64,000 nt of DNA from Phoronis australis (taxonomy: Eukaryota; Animalia; Phoronida): the NCBI GenBank assembly GCA_002633005.1, contig NMRA01000010.1, positions 799,252-863,251 of the forward strand, written 5' to 3'. The notes under the pieces are model-generated. The model did no database searches. It was given only the letters and a program-made list of their open reading frames with translations, and had not been told where the DNA came from. The position numbers and the translations under genes were made by a program. Positions 63,329-64,000 of the stretch are shown piece by piece (the first letter of the stretch is position 1; each line of letters opens with the position of its first letter).

Positions 63329-63766
63329 ATAATTCGGCTGAATCTGAAGAAATCCAATACATAAAATGGCTACAAACCCACTTCCGGTCCACCACAAAAG
63401 CTAACCTTTGATTCAGCTTACTTACTCTTATGAATTTGTTCTCAAAATTTTCATTGGTCGAATTAGATATGCAGTGATATCAGGCTTGCAAATAATTGAC
63501 AGTTCTTTGCTGCATTAGACCCATTATTTTGGTATAGGGTCCACCACACTGACCACTGAGTAACACAGGCACTGCAGAATAGAGGACATGTCTGCATCGT
63601 TATCAACTCTATTCAAGGACTGTAATATGATAACATGACAACATTTTTTAATAATTCTTGTAGTTTTCATTTTTAATTTCGATTTATTTTCTGTTTTTCA
63701 CCACAATTAATTTTCTAGCTAATACCCACATGGCACCTTTAGAACATCAATTGGAAAGAAGTCAAG

Positions 63767-63987
63767 GGGTCCATTCAAAGAAAACTGACTTAGCCAAGAC
63801 AAATCTTAAATTTCTGCCAATTTTAAGATAAAAGTTGTCTCAAGTTTGTTTCAAGAAAGATATCTTAAGTTTTATTAAAGTTTGACTTAATTTTGACTTA
63901 CTTAAGGGATGTGGAAGTTTCAAAGTTTGGTAGTTGAGAAAAATCTTAGACTTGAGTCGAAAATGAACAGTTTCTTGGAAAGGGCCT
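63767..63987. mobile_element. PIF/Harbinger-like MITE
   Basis: TIR gggtccattcaaagaaaactg vs revcomp aggccctttccaagaaactg; 3-bp AAG duplication on both sides; internal cttaag subrepeats. Confidence 0.65.
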
Positions 63988-64000
63988 AAGTTGCATATAA

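Overview
Eukaryotic, AT-rich animal genomic DNA, probably from a heterozygous marine invertebrate such as a lophotrochozoan. The taxon is inferred from the receptor sequence and repeat content, not proven. The one clearly recognisable gene is a two-coding-exon aminergic GPCR most similar to invertebrate 5-HT7 serotonin receptors: join(42717..43143,53054..54216), 529 aa, with a 9.9-kb phase-1 intron. A second, apparently single-exon orphan ORF (61003..62103, 366 aa) carries a repeated CSCFGxxxTKWR motif. The rest is non-coding: MITEs and decayed DNA transposons, tRNA-like fragments, micro/minisatellites, and three near-identical tandem duplications joined by single Ns that are probably uncollapsed haplotypes. 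Best leads: (1) a ~540-bp palindrome with two divergent tRNA-like Pol III units at 29.8-30.35 kb; (2) an inverted pair of Penelope-type hammerhead-like cores at 31.7-32.0 kb; (3) unusual TM7 pocket residues in the receptor (C7.43, W7.39); (4) three perfect CRE palindromes within 1.2 kb upstream of this likely Gs-coupled receptor; (5) the orphan repeat protein. I see no CRISPR array, rRNA or intact transposase/RT. Nearly all short ORFs in the track are spurious. All alignments and counts were done by eye.
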